Source: an uncultured Gemmatimonadales bacterium (GTDB taxonomy: Bacteria; Gemmatimonadota; Gemmatimonadetes; Gemmatimonadales; GWC2-71-9). Taken from it: DNA of 64,000 nucleotides. The notes below the pieces were generated by a model that was not told the origin of the DNA, ran no database searches, and saw nothing but the letters and a program-made list of their open reading frames with translations. The position numbers were made by a program, and so were the translations under genes. Of the stretch, positions 47,802 to 57,538 are shown in pieces. The first letter of the stretch is position 1; each line of letters opens with the position of its first letter. The DNA lies in the NCBI GenBank assembly GCA_963695555.1, contig CAVOGR010000001.1, forward strand, positions 896,001 through 960,000, in the 5' to 3' direction.

Positions 47802-49469
47802 CTAGGACGCGACTCCGCGCGCCAGCGGCACGAGGTCGAGCAACTCCTCGACCAGGGGCTTGACCGATTCCCACGCGTCATTCTTGGCGAGAAGCCCTTG
47901 GATCTGCTCCCGGACCAACGTGGCACGGTCGAGCGCTCCGGGTCCTGTGTAGAGCAGCGTCGAGATCGGAACGACCTCCTCGCCCACCGCGCTCGAGGAG
48001 GGGCGGGCGGTTGGCCGATCAAGGAAAGCCTCGAGAGACGGCTCGACCCCGGGGGTCTGTTGCATCAGCCGTGCAAAGGTCACGAAGCTCGTGGCCAAGT
48101 CACTTCGCATGGCGGGCACATCCTCCGCCGGGCCCGGAACGTCCTCCTCCGTGTCCGGAGCAAGCGCGCTGATCGGCACGATCTCGCCTGGCGGTGCGGC
48201 GGGTGGTGCTGTGGGCTCGAGGGTGGCGAGACGCGAGGTGAGGGCCGCGAGCCGTTCGAGTTGCGCCGCATCCGGCACCCCCTCGTGATGGTCGCGGAGC
48301 AGGTGGCCGGCCTCGTCGAGCACCGCCGCAAAGGCATCCAGCGTGGCGCCCGCGCGCCCGCGGGCGATGTGGGACCGTGCGGCCGCACCGAAGTCCCGGA
48401 GGGCGCCGCCAAATGCCGCGCTCGACGTCTGGCTCAAGGCGCGCAGCGAGCCGAACACGCTGAAGAGCCTGAGCTCCCGCTCGATGTTCGAGCCGGCAGT
48501 TCCGAGCTCGTGGGCGATTGCCAGGAGGTGGTCGGCGTGGCCGGTGACTTCCATGGCGCTCAGCGACTCGCCCCGCCCACTGGCACGGCCGGTGCCACGC
48601 TCTACCACGCAGGGCTCGCCATCTTCCGGCGCCAGCGTGGCGATCGGGACCACATCCTCCTCTGCCACGAATGCCCGGAGGAGCAGGTCGGCAAAGCGAC
48701 GCCCCTCTTCGGACTCGCTGGCCGTTCGCCCGGTGCCTGCGACATCGCGCGAAATGCGGGTTACCGCACGTGCGGCGGCATCGAACACGTCGGCGATGCC
48801 GGGTGGTGGGGCGTAGGCTCGGTCGAGCTCGGTACACGCGAGCTCGATCCCATCCAGGATCTCAGGCAGGGGAGGCAGCTCGCCGAGTTCGGCCAGGCCG
48901 CGCAACGACTGCAGACGACGGATCACCGTGTTGACCGGGTCTTTGGCCCTGGCCTCGACCCGAAGCGCATTGGCAGCGCGGTCGAGCGCGCTGGCGATCA
49001 AGGCCCCTTCACGAGCCACGAATGCACGGACTCCGGTGCTCATTGCGAGCGGACCGGCTTCTCGGCTTGCGTCGGGTTGAGGCGTGCTGAATGCCGCCGG
49101 TATCCCGCCGACCTCTTCCAGGGCTTGCCCCACGCGGTGCGCCCGGCTCCGGTGCTCCTCTGCCCAGTTGCCCGCGGCACGGACCAGGAGCTTGAGGTCC
49201 TCGATCGCTTGCCCGGTTACCTCACGGACGGCTGGGCCCCATTTGAGCGTTCCCTCGCGGTACTGCCGGGCGACCGATTCGAGGCCGGCGGCGGCGTGGG
49301 CGATGTCGCTTTGCTTCGCCATGAGGGCCGAGCCGCGCAGGGCCCGGCTGAACCGCATGAACTCGTCCGGGGCCGGCCCGTCGGGCTTGGCGATCTGGGT
49401 GCCCAGCCGCTCGAGGTACTCCCCGGCCTCGAGGGCGAAGAACTCCGCGGCGCCGAGGGAAGGTGTCAT
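47802..49469 (-). CDS. Hypothetical helical protein with degenerate Hpt-like repeats
   Basis: FF..EA.EYL..L ... R..R(A)LRGSA pattern; three VPI..L repeats. Confidence 0.7.
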   Translation of the reverse strand: MTPSLGAAEFFALEAGEYLERLGTQIAKPDGPAPDEFMRFSRALRGSALMAKQSDIAHAAAGLESVARQYREGTLKWGPAVREVTGQAIEDLKLLVRAAGNWAEEHRSRAHRVGQALEEVGGIPAAFSTPQPDASREAGPLAMSTGVRAFVAREGALIASALDRAANALRVEARAKDPVNTVIRRLQSLRGLAELGELPPLPEILDGIELACTELDRAYAPPPGIADVFDAAARAVTRISRDVAGTGRTASESEEGRRFADLLLRAFVAEEDVVPIATLAPEDGEPCVVERGTGRASGRGESLSAMEVTGHADHLLAIAHELGTAGSNIERELRLFSVFGSLRALSQTSSAAFGGALRDFGAAARSHIARGRAGATLDAFAAVLDEAGHLLRDHHEGVPDAAQLERLAALTSRLATLEPTAPPAAPPGEIVPISALAPDTEEDVPGPAEDVPAMRSDLATSFVTFARLMQQTPGVEPSLEAFLDRPTARPSSSAVGEEVVPISTLLYTGPGALDRATLVREQIQGLLAKNDAWESVKPLVEELLDLVPLARGVAS

Positions 49470-49564
49470 GCGGCCTCGAGGGGGGTGACGGGGAACGGGT
49501 CCGATACGCTCATAAAGTACACCGCGCCACGCGTGGTGAGAACGGCCCGGCGTTCACTGGGCGG

Positions 49565-50281
49565 CTACGCGCTGTGCATGAGTCGGGCCATGTCCTCCAC
49601 GGCCGACCGCATGCCGGTAAAGATCGCGCGGCTCACAATACTGTGGCCGATGTTGAGCTCCTCGATTTCGGGAATCCGTGCGACGGGTTGCACATTGCGG
49701 TACGTGAGTCCGTGACCGGCGTGCACGGCCAGTCCCAGGGCTCTCGCGTAACGGGCGGCGTGCTGCAGTTCCTCGAGCGCTGCCGGACTCTGCTGCCAGG
49801 TATTGGCGTAGCGTCCGGTGTGCAGTTCGACGGCGGGGACCCGGAGCGACTTCGCCGCTTCGATTTGCACTTCTTCCGGATCGATGAACAGGCTGAGGCG
49901 GCACCCCGCGGCGGCGAGACGGTCGATGGTAGCCTGGAGACGGCTGGGGTCCCTGGTCAAATCGAGACCGCCCTCAGTGGTAATTTCTTCGCGTCGTTCG
50001 GGGACGAGCGTGGCTTGATACGGCCGGAGGCGGCACGCCAGGGCGACCACCACCTCGCTGCTCGCGAGCTCGAGATTGAGGACCCGCCCGCGCTCCGACA
50101 ACGCAATCACATCCCGATCCTGGATGTGCCGCCGGTCTTCGCGCAGGTGGACCGTGATGCCGTCTGCTCCGCCGGCTTCGCATTCTGCAGCGGCGAGTGC
50201 GGGGTCGGGCTCATCGGCGCGTCGCGCCTCGCGAACCGTCGCGACGTGGTCGATATTCACATACAGTCGTGTTGGAGTCAT
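49565..50281 (-). CDS. pdxJ: Pyridoxine 5'-phosphate synthase
   Basis: VNIDHVATVR, HLREDRRHI, TTEGG, ELHTG, HAGHGL, ELNIGH. Confidence 0.96.
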   Translation of the reverse strand: MTPTRLYVNIDHVATVREARRADEPDPALAAAECEAGGADGITVHLREDRRHIQDRDVIALSERGRVLNLELASSEVVVALACRLRPYQATLVPERREEITTEGGLDLTRDPSRLQATIDRLAAAGCRLSLFIDPEEVQIEAAKSLRVPAVELHTGRYANTWQQSPAALEELQHAARYARALGLAVHAGHGLTYRNVQPVARIPEIEELNIGHSIVSRAIFTGMRSAVEDMARLMHSA

Positions 50282-50338
50282 TGATCCGACTCTCCCCCCG
50301 GTTTACTTTCGACGTCGGCCACCACCCACGAGGTTCCT

Positions 50339-50776
50339 TTGAGTCAGCGCTGGATTTTTGCCGCCCTCACCCTTGTCATCGGATGTGGGCAGGGCTCGGT
50401 GCAGGTTCCGCCCAGCCCCAATCCCGAATCAGCCGTCGAGACGTTCATGCAGAGCGTCAGCGACAGCAACCTGGCGATGATGTCCCAATACTGGGGCACG
50501 ACCAAGGGCTCGGCTGCCGAGACGAACGACCCGTCCGACTACCTCAAACGGATCGAGGTGATGCGGGTGTATCTGCGTCACGACTCGTTCAAGATTACGT
50601 CCAATCGGGCGAGTCAACAGGGCGACGACATTCGGGACCTCACGGTCGAAATCCGGCGAGACTCGTGCGTGCGCCAGGTGCCGTTCCAGGTCGTCCGGAC
50701 CGGCGCACGTCGATGGATCATCCGCAATATTGATCTCACGGCAATAGGCAACCCTATCGCGCCGTGTCGGGAGTAG
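50339..50776 (+). CDS. Hypothetical lipoprotein
   Basis: TTG start; hydrophobic signal ending VIGC; NTF2-like short domain. Confidence 0.65.
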   Translation: MSQRWIFAALTLVIGCGQGSVQVPPSPNPESAVETFMQSVSDSNLAMMSQYWGTTKGSAAETNDPSDYLKRIEVMRVYLRHDSFKITSNRASQQGDDIRDLTVEIRRDSCVRQVPFQVVRTGARRWIIRNIDLTAIGNPIAPCRE

Positions 50777-50828
50777 CGTGCGTCGGTCGAGGGCCTGGCC
50801 GGGAACTTTCCGCGTCCACCGGTGTTCC

Positions 50829-51224
50829 TTACTCAGTTAGCTCGAGCAGGATGCCGGCGGTGGACTTCGGGTGCACGAACGCGATCCGGCGACCGCCGGC
50901 CCCGCGCCTGGGGACCTCATCGATGAGCTGGTATCCCTGTGCCCGGCACGCCTCGAGCGTCTGATCGAGGTCACGTACGCGGTAGCAAATATGATGGATA
51001 CCGGGTCCGCGTCGCGCCAGAAACTTTGCGATGGGCCCATCGGGAGTCTTGGGAGCGAGGAGCTCGACGTGGGAGTCGCCGAACGCAAGCGACGCGATCA
51101 TGGCGCCGTCCGCCTCCTCCTGTGGAAGGGGAGCAAGCCCGAGGATGTCGCGATAGAAGCTCAACGCAGCTTCGAGATCGGGTACGGCAACCCCAACGTG
51201 GGCGATGCGAGCGGAATCCGACAC
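50829..51224 (-). CDS. mce: Methylmalonyl-CoA epimerase
   Basis: IAHVGVAV, VELLAP, KFL..RGPGIHHIC, FVHPKS..GILLEL; GTG after GAGG. Confidence 0.88.
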   Translation of the reverse strand: MSDSARIAHVGVAVPDLEAALSFYRDILGLAPLPQEEADGAMIASLAFGDSHVELLAPKTPDGPIAKFLARRGPGIHHICYRVRDLDQTLEACRAQGYQLIDEVPRRGAGGRRIAFVHPKSTAGILLELTE

Positions 51225-51334
51225 GGCTACCTCGTGGGAGTGTAAGTGGGTCTCGCGTCGACCGTAGAAAGTAACCAGCACGGTGGCATCTGGTGAGCCC
51301 CGTCGGATCGAGAAAATCGAAAAATGAGGAACAC

Positions 51335-51673
51335 ATGAGCACAGCATCGAGCGCGCCGGTCGCCGTCACGGATGATTCATTTGCCGGGGATGTCGAACAG
51401 GCATCGGGATTGGTCCTGGTTGATTTCTGGGCCACCTGGTGCGGACCCTGCCAAGTCATTGCTCCGATCCTGAACCAGTTGGCGGGAGAGTACGCGGGCA
51501 AGGTCAAAGTGACGAAACTCGACGTCGACGCCAATCAGCGCACGGCCATGCGGTTCAATGTCCGGTCCATCCCGAGCGTGTTGTACTTCCGGGATGGGAA
51601 TCACGTGGACACGGTGGTCGGAGCGGTCCCCAAGTCGGTGTTGGAAGGCAAGATCAAGGAGCATCTCTCCTAG
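51335..51673 (+). CDS. trxA: Thioredoxin
   Basis: VDFWATWCGPC, VRSIP; ATG after GAGG. Confidence 0.95.
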   Translation: MSTASSAPVAVTDDSFAGDVEQASGLVLVDFWATWCGPCQVIAPILNQLAGEYAGKVKVTKLDVDANQRTAMRFNVRSIPSVLYFRDGNHVDTVVGAVPKSVLEGKIKEHLS

Positions 51674-51687
51674 CCCGCGTCCCATAC

Positions 51688-51711
51688 GGGGCCGCCCTCG
51701 AGGGCGGCCCC
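51688..51711. repeat. Perfect 24-bp palindrome downstream of trxA (hairpin, no U tract)
   Basis: GGGGCCGCCC-TCGA-GGGCGGCCCC. Confidence 0.7.
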
Positions 51712-51718
51712 CGGTCCA

Positions 51719-52741
51719 ATGTCTATGCGCCCAAGCAGCGCGTGCCTGCTGCAATCGACTGTTAGACTGCACGACATCGTGTTCCCGGCGGCCGGTTACC
51801 TGCTCCGGCGCACCCGTCTCGCATTTGTCGACCTGAACAATCTCATCGCATTTGCGACGCGGAGCCGGGACGGGAAGGTCGATGCCTACTTCGCCGGCTA
51901 CCTGCCGGAGGAAGTGGTGCTGCTCTTCTTTCGGGAGGGGAAACTGGTGAACGCCGCCACACTGGGACCAACAGTGCGGGGCATCATCCCGATCGATGAG
52001 TCGCTCCGGCGGCTCAAAGCGGAAGCGGAGCGGGGCGAGGGAGTCTACGCCACGGCGGAGGCCAGCCAACTTGCGATGATGTACGGCGCGTCGCTCGAGT
52101 CGGCCACGCTCCGCTTCGTGAACCCGCCGGACCCTGCCGCGCTGTTCCCATCCCTCATGGAAGAGCGGTTCTCCGGGACTCTCGAATTCATCTCGAACGG
52201 ACGCGTGAATTACTTGCAGTTCGACGACGGTGGGTTCGGTGGCGGGTTTCTCTGCGACCGCGCCGCGGATGTCTCCGTACCGTCGTACCTGGAGAGCCTA
52301 TTCGCGCCGCTCACTGGTGGTGCCTCACCGGCAATCGCCGGGACCACCCTGCATCCGCCGCCGGCGGTTCCGATCCAGGCACTCCCCTCGCAGATTCGGA
52401 TGTATCGCGAGGTGGTGGAACGTCTGGTCCACGCCGTCGGCGAGGAGGTGCAGGATGACGCGTCGACCCGCGCCCAACGCGCCTTCGATGATGTCGTCGC
52501 CCTCCACCCGGAAGCGACCTATCTCCGTCTCGAAGCATCGGACGATGCGGGGTCCCTCGCGATCGAGGCCGATGCCCTGACCCGGGCACTCGCCGCCTGG
52601 TCCAACGAGCTCCTGAACGGAGTCGAGATCGTCTCGCCGGAGGCGGCGCCCGGCCTCCTCAGCAAAGCAACCCGCGATCATCGTCACGTGCTTCGCGCCG
52701 CCGGTTTCTTCGATACCATCCCGTGGACGCTGGAACCGTAG
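51719..52741 (+). CDS. Hypothetical protein, possible tandem DUF4388/PATAN-like domains
   Basis: LLFFREGKLVNA and FSGTLEF...LQFDDG patterns; normal codon usage. Confidence 0.6.
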   Translation: MSMRPSSACLLQSTVRLHDIVFPAAGYLLRRTRLAFVDLNNLIAFATRSRDGKVDAYFAGYLPEEVVLLFFREGKLVNAATLGPTVRGIIPIDESLRRLKAEAERGEGVYATAEASQLAMMYGASLESATLRFVNPPDPAALFPSLMEERFSGTLEFISNGRVNYLQFDDGGFGGGFLCDRAADVSVPSYLESLFAPLTGGASPAIAGTTLHPPPAVPIQALPSQIRMYREVVERLVHAVGEEVQDDASTRAQRAFDDVVALHPEATYLRLEASDDAGSLAIEADALTRALAAWSNELLNGVEIVSPEAAPGLLSKATRDHRHVLRAAGFFDTIPWTLEP

Positions 52742-53577
52742 CCGCGTCCGGGACCCTCTACGTCGTCGCGACACCCCTCGGGCATCTCGGAGACCTCACC
52801 GCTCGGGCCCGGGAGGTGCTCTGCGCGGTCCCGATCGTGGCGGCCGAGGACACCCGCCACACACGGAAGCTCCTGACTCATATTGGGGCCACGCCCCGGC
52901 TGCTGAGCTTCCACGCGCACTCCCCCCCGACGCGGGTCGGCCAAATCCTCGAGGCGCTCAGAGCCGGATCGGACATCGCGGTGGTGTCGGATGCCGGCAC
53001 ACCGGGAATCAGTGATCCCGGGGCATCGCTGGTCCGGACGGTGCGGAATGCCGGCCTCCCCGTCGTCCCCATTCCTGGAGCGTCAGCCGTTGCGGCCGCT
53101 CTCTCGACTGCCGGCCTGCCGGCCGACCGGTTCCTGTTCTTGGGATTTCTGCCGCGAAAGGGTGCCGAACGGCGCCGGTTGATCGAGCGTGCGACCACCG
53201 AAGAGTGGACCACGGTCATCTTCGAGGCTCCTCCGCGGCTCTCGGCGCTCCTGACGGAGCTGGCCGCCGTGGCGGAGCCCGACCGTCGGGCCGTGGTCTG
53301 CCGAGAGCTGACCAAGGTGCACGAGGAGATACGGGAAGGGAGTCTCGCAGAGCTGGCAGACCACTATGCTGCGACACCGCCTCGTGGAGAGATCACGGTC
53401 CTCCTCGATGGGACGGGGAAGGAGCGGAAACCACCGCTGGATTTCGATGCCCTGCGATCCGAGGCTCAGGCACTGCTCGGCGAAGGCCTGAGTCGGCGTT
53501 CGGTGGTGGGCCGCTTGACCGAATCCAGCGGCGCGCCGCGTAATGAGATCTATCGTCTGGTCATGGAGTTGCGATGA
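52723..53577 (+). CDS. rsmI: 16S rRNA C1402 2'-O-methyltransferase
   Basis: LYVVATPLG.LGD, AEDTR, VSDAGTPGISDPG, FLGFLP, RELTK.HEE. Confidence 0.94.
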   Translation: MDAGTVAASGTLYVVATPLGHLGDLTARAREVLCAVPIVAAEDTRHTRKLLTHIGATPRLLSFHAHSPPTRVGQILEALRAGSDIAVVSDAGTPGISDPGASLVRTVRNAGLPVVPIPGASAVAAALSTAGLPADRFLFLGFLPRKGAERRRLIERATTEEWTTVIFEAPPRLSALLTELAAVAEPDRRAVVCRELTKVHEEIREGSLAELADHYAATPPRGEITVLLDGTGKERKPPLDFDALRSEAQALLGEGLSRRSVVGRLTESSGAPRNEIYRLVMELR

Positions 53578-54263
53578 TCACCTTCGTCCGGGCTGCCGTA
53601 TTCGGACTTGTTGCTATGGCGAGCGGGCCGTGGAGCGGGGCGATATCAGGCCGGGCCCCCGGGTCGGAGATGACCATCGGGCGGCTTCACTATGAAGGAG
53701 GGGGAGACTGGTACGCCAACCCGTCGAGCCTTCCCAATTTGCTTCAGGCCATTCGATCCGGCACGCGGCTTCGCGTCGCCGAACGGGAGAAGGTCGTTAC
53801 CCTCGACGACGATGACCTGTGGACCGTGCCGTACTTGTACATGACCGGCCATGGCAACGTGCGGCTGAGCGACGCCCAGTTGCGCACGCTCGGGCGGTAC
53901 CTCGAGCAAGGTGGCTTTCTCCACGCCGACGATAACTACGGGATGGATGCCTCCCTTCGTCGCGAACTTATCCGGCTGTACCCGAATCTCGAGCTGGTGG
54001 AGGTGCCGCTCGAGCATCCGATTTATCACGTGGTCTATCAGTTTCCCGAAGGCCTTCCCAAGGTGCACGAGCACGACGGCAAGCCGGCTCAAGGACTCGG
54101 CCTGTTCATCGACGGCCGCCTCGCGGTGTTCTACAGCTATCAGTCGGATCTCGGCGACGGATGGGAAGATCCCGATGTCCACCGTGACCCGCCGGAAGTC
54201 CGGGAGGCGGCGCTCCGCATGGGCGTGAACTTGTTCGCGTACGCCGTGGCATCCGCCGAATGA
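53574..54263 (+). CDS. DUF4159 domain exported protein
   Basis: Y.GGGDWY.NP, LYMTGHG, GGFLHADDNYG, GLPKVHEHDG, DLGDGWED, MGVN. Confidence 0.85.
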   Translation: MITFVRAAVFGLVAMASGPWSGAISGRAPGSEMTIGRLHYEGGGDWYANPSSLPNLLQAIRSGTRLRVAEREKVVTLDDDDLWTVPYLYMTGHGNVRLSDAQLRTLGRYLEQGGFLHADDNYGMDASLRRELIRLYPNLELVEVPLEHPIYHVVYQFPEGLPKVHEHDGKPAQGLGLFIDGRLAVFYSYQSDLGDGWEDPDVHRDPPEVREAALRMGVNLFAYAVASAE

Positions 54264-57200
54264 AACAGTCCACGACGGCGGCGACCCTCCATCGGCTGAT
54301 CTTCCCGATCCAAGCCCTCGAAGGTGCGGCGTGGCTGGTCCGCTTGTGTGGCAGCATGCTCGTCGTCCTGGGTCTCGCGGCGTGGCTGGCTCGGCTTGGC
54401 TGGTTCGATCCACCGTACTGGGTGCTGGTCGGATGGGCTGTCGCCCTCCTGGCCGTGCTTGGGGCGGTCGTGCGCGGCTGGCGCCACCGTGGCCGGCTGG
54501 CGCTCGAAGCGATTGCCCGAGTGCTCGAGGAAAACGGGGTGTCGCGTCGAGGGGGACTCACGGGTCTCCTGGTCCCTCCGGTCGATGGAACCAGTGGCGA
54601 CCTGTACCGGCTGGCCGATCGCAATCGCGCCAGGCAGCTCGCCGAGAGCGGGCGAGGCGAAGTCGCCCCGATGGCGCAGGCGGCCCGAGGCAGAGCCGCC
54701 GCCGCCGGTGCGCTATTCCTCTTCGGTGTGCTGTTGGTTGCCTCCGCCGGTCCGGTTCGCGGAGCAGCCGCGCAACTCTGGCGCCCGAAGGCGGCCTGGG
54801 ATCGGACGACGGCTCAGGTGACGCTCCAGGCATCGGACACGATCGTGGACCGTGGCCACTCCGTCGACCTCGCGCTTGCGGCCGTGGGACGCCGGAGCGC
54901 GGCTCTGTGGACCCGGTCGCCGGGCGAGGCGTGGCGGAGCGAATCGGTGGCCTTGGATGAAGCAGGGAACGCCACTCGGGCCACTGGGCCCTTGGCGAGC
55001 GATCTCCACGCGCGGCTCGTGAGCGGCACGCGAAGTTCGGAAACGATCACGGTCCGCGTCAGGTTGCCCGCGTTCCTCGGCGCGCTGTCCGTGGTGGCCC
55101 GGTATCCGCCCTACCTGGGCTTGGCTGATGAGCCGCTCCCCACGGGAGGCGACACGCTGCTTCTGCCGGCCGGAACCGTGTTGGCGACGTCGGGAGAGGC
55201 GACGACCATGCTCGCGGAGGCGAACTGGCTTGGCGCCACGACCTCGCATCCGCTGACCGTGACGGGGTCGACCTTCCAGGGGCAATTCGTACCGCGGAAC
55301 TCCGGGGTGTACCGTCTCGCGATTTACACCGCGGACGGTGGTAGCCTGGGTGGTGACATCCCTCGGCTTCCGATTCGCGTGGTGAGCGATAGCGCACCGA
55401 CGGTCGACGTGCCCGTGCCCGGCAGGGACACCCTGCTGCCGAGCACGTTGCGCATACCGATCGTGGTCGATGCCCGTGACGACCATGGCCTTCGGGAGAT
55501 CCGGCTCACCAGTCGGCGGATTTCCCGACTGGGAGTGGTGAATGAGCCCCGCCTCGAGCGCGTACCCCTGCCCGACGGGCAACCCGACCGTGCAATCGTG
55601 TCCTACGATTTCAACTTGAGCGCCCGGAGCCTCCTGCCCGGCGATTCGGTACGGTACCTGGTCGAGGTCGTGGACAATGCGCCGCGCCCCAACATCGGCC
55701 GGTCGCGGGAGTATCGCCTTCGGCTTCCGACGCTCAGGGAAATACGGGCCCGGACCCGCGAGGCAACCGCGGAATTGGAACAGCGGTTGGATTCGCTCGC
55801 GAAGGCAAGTCGGCGCATCGAACGACGGACGGAAGATCTGAGCCGGGAACGGACACGCGGCGAACAGGGACGCACCGCAGGGCAGGAGGAGTCGCTGGCG
55901 TTCGAGGACGCGCAACGAGCCGAGGCGGCGGCCCAGGACCACGAAGCTCTCGTGCGCCAAGCTGAAGCAATGCGCGATGCCCTCGATGCGTTGCGAGAGA
56001 CCGCGGAGGCGGCAGGGCTCGACGATCCCGACTGGCAGGCTCGACTGGAGGAAATCCGGCAACAGCTCGATCGGGCCCTCTCGCCCGAGATCCGGCAAAA
56101 GCTGGCGGAACTGCAACAGGCACTCTTGGAGCTCAATGCCCAACGCACCCGCGAGGCGCTCGAGCGCTTGGCCGAGGCGCAACGGGAGTTGCGCGAGGTC
56201 CTGGAGCGAAGCCGCGACCTTTTCCGCCGCGCGGCGTTGGAGGGAGACCTCGTTAACCTCGAACAAGACGCCCGCGAGTTGGCCGCGCGGCAGGAGCAGT
56301 GGAACAGCGACGTGGCATCGGCCGACAGCACGCAGGCCGCCGCGGAGGAACGCGACCTGGCCGCGGAAACCGATTCACTCGCCAAGGTTTTGGAGCAGCT
56401 CGCCGATGCGCTCGAACGCGAAGGGCTGACCGACGCGAATGATCTTGTCCGGCAAGCGATGGAAGCCGCCCAACAGATGCTTGATGCCGCGCAGCAGGCA
56501 CAATCGGGCGACCGGCCGGCCGCCGAGCAGTCTGGGCGCCAGGCACTCCAGCAGCTCCAGCCGCTGGGAGATCGGATCGGTGCCGAACGGAGCGGGTTGC
56601 AGCAGCGGTGGCGGGAAGAGATCGCGGCGGCACTCGACCGCGGCCTCACCGAAGTGAGCCGTCTGACCGAGCGACAGCTCGAGTTGGAGCGCGCGATCAG
56701 GTCTGACGCACCTCCCGGCCGCGTGCTGGCCGACCAAGGGGCCATCGAAGAGGGCGTCGAGAACCTCATCCAGCAAATGCAGCGGGCTTCCGGCAAGAAT
56801 GCGCTGGTATCTCCTGGCATTGCCGGTGCGCTCGCTCAGGCCCAGCTCCAGATGCGCCGGGCCCGCGAGGGACTGGCATCCGCCATGCCCAATGTGCGCG
56901 ATGCAGCCGAGCAGGCCGGCCAGGCTGTCGACGCGCTCAATGCCGCTGCCTACCAGATGGTACGATCCCGGGGCGATGTCACCGGAGCGGGAACGGGCTC
57001 GGGCCTGGCGGAAGCGCTGGAGCGCCTGAGCGAGTTGGCCAAGCAACAAGGCCAATTGGGTGAACGGGCCGGGGGGCTGATCCCGCTGGCCGGCGGAGGA
57101 GTGTTGCGCGAGCAGTTGCGCCGCCTTGCGCAGGAGCAGCGTCAGCTTGCCGAAGAGCTCGAGCGCATTCGCGCGAGCGGCCAGCTGCCAAACAGCGGCG

Positions 57201-57535
57201 CCTTGGCGGAAGAGGCGCGAGACCTGGCCCGGCGGCTGGAGGCCGGTCGGCTCGACCAGCAGACAGTCGAGCGCCAGCAACGGCTGTTCCGACGGATGTT
57301 GGACGCCGGCCGCACGCTACAGGGGCGGGAACAGGACGAGCGGAAGGAACGCCAGAGCCGAACCGCGACGGGAGACAATATCCGGCTGCCGCCGGCGCTC
57401 AGGGCGCTGGTGAACAGCGGAGCGCGCGGGCCCGAGATTCCCTCCTGGGAAGAGCTGCAGCGATTCTCGCCCGAGGAACGGCGCCTGGTCGTTGAGTACT
57501 TCCGCCGGCTGGCCGAGCCGGCCGGGAGGCAATGA
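54260..57535 (+). CDS. Large membrane-anchored Ig-like + coiled-coil protein (DUF4175-like)
   Basis: 3 N-terminal TMs, beta-rich region (YPPYLG, DDHGL, VDN), long Q/E/A coiled coil, RMLDA.R...YFRRL C-terminus. Confidence 0.75.
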   Translation: MKQSTTAATLHRLIFPIQALEGAAWLVRLCGSMLVVLGLAAWLARLGWFDPPYWVLVGWAVALLAVLGAVVRGWRHRGRLALEAIARVLEENGVSRRGGLTGLLVPPVDGTSGDLYRLADRNRARQLAESGRGEVAPMAQAARGRAAAAGALFLFGVLLVASAGPVRGAAAQLWRPKAAWDRTTAQVTLQASDTIVDRGHSVDLALAAVGRRSAALWTRSPGEAWRSESVALDEAGNATRATGPLASDLHARLVSGTRSSETITVRVRLPAFLGALSVVARYPPYLGLADEPLPTGGDTLLLPAGTVLATSGEATTMLAEANWLGATTSHPLTVTGSTFQGQFVPRNSGVYRLAIYTADGGSLGGDIPRLPIRVVSDSAPTVDVPVPGRDTLLPSTLRIPIVVDARDDHGLREIRLTSRRISRLGVVNEPRLERVPLPDGQPDRAIVSYDFNLSARSLLPGDSVRYLVEVVDNAPRPNIGRSREYRLRLPTLREIRARTREATAELEQRLDSLAKASRRIERRTEDLSRERTRGEQGRTAGQEESLAFEDAQRAEAAAQDHEALVRQAEAMRDALDALRETAEAAGLDDPDWQARLEEIRQQLDRALSPEIRQKLAELQQALLELNAQRTREALERLAEAQRELREVLERSRDLFRRAALEGDLVNLEQDARELAARQEQWNSDVASADSTQAAAEERDLAAETDSLAKVLEQLADALEREGLTDANDLVRQAMEAAQQMLDAAQQAQSGDRPAAEQSGRQALQQLQPLGDRIGAERSGLQQRWREEIAAALDRGLTEVSRLTERQLELERAIRSDAPPGRVLADQGAIEEGVENLIQQMQRASGKNALVSPGIAGALAQAQLQMRRAREGLASAMPNVRDAAEQAGQAVDALNAAAYQMVRSRGDVTGAGTGSGLAEALERLSELAKQQGQLGERAGGLIPLAGGGVLREQLRRLAQEQRQLAEELERIRASGQLPNSGALAEEARDLARRLEAGRLDQQTVERQQRLFRRMLDAGRTLQGREQDERKERQSRTATGDNIRLPPALRALVNSGARGPEIPSWEELQRFSPEERRLVVEYFRRLAEPAGRQ

Positions 57536-57538
57536 GGC

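Noticed and set aside
47517..49715. 732-aa plus-strand ORF
   Set aside because: Antisense to three better-supported minus-strand genes, including pdxJ
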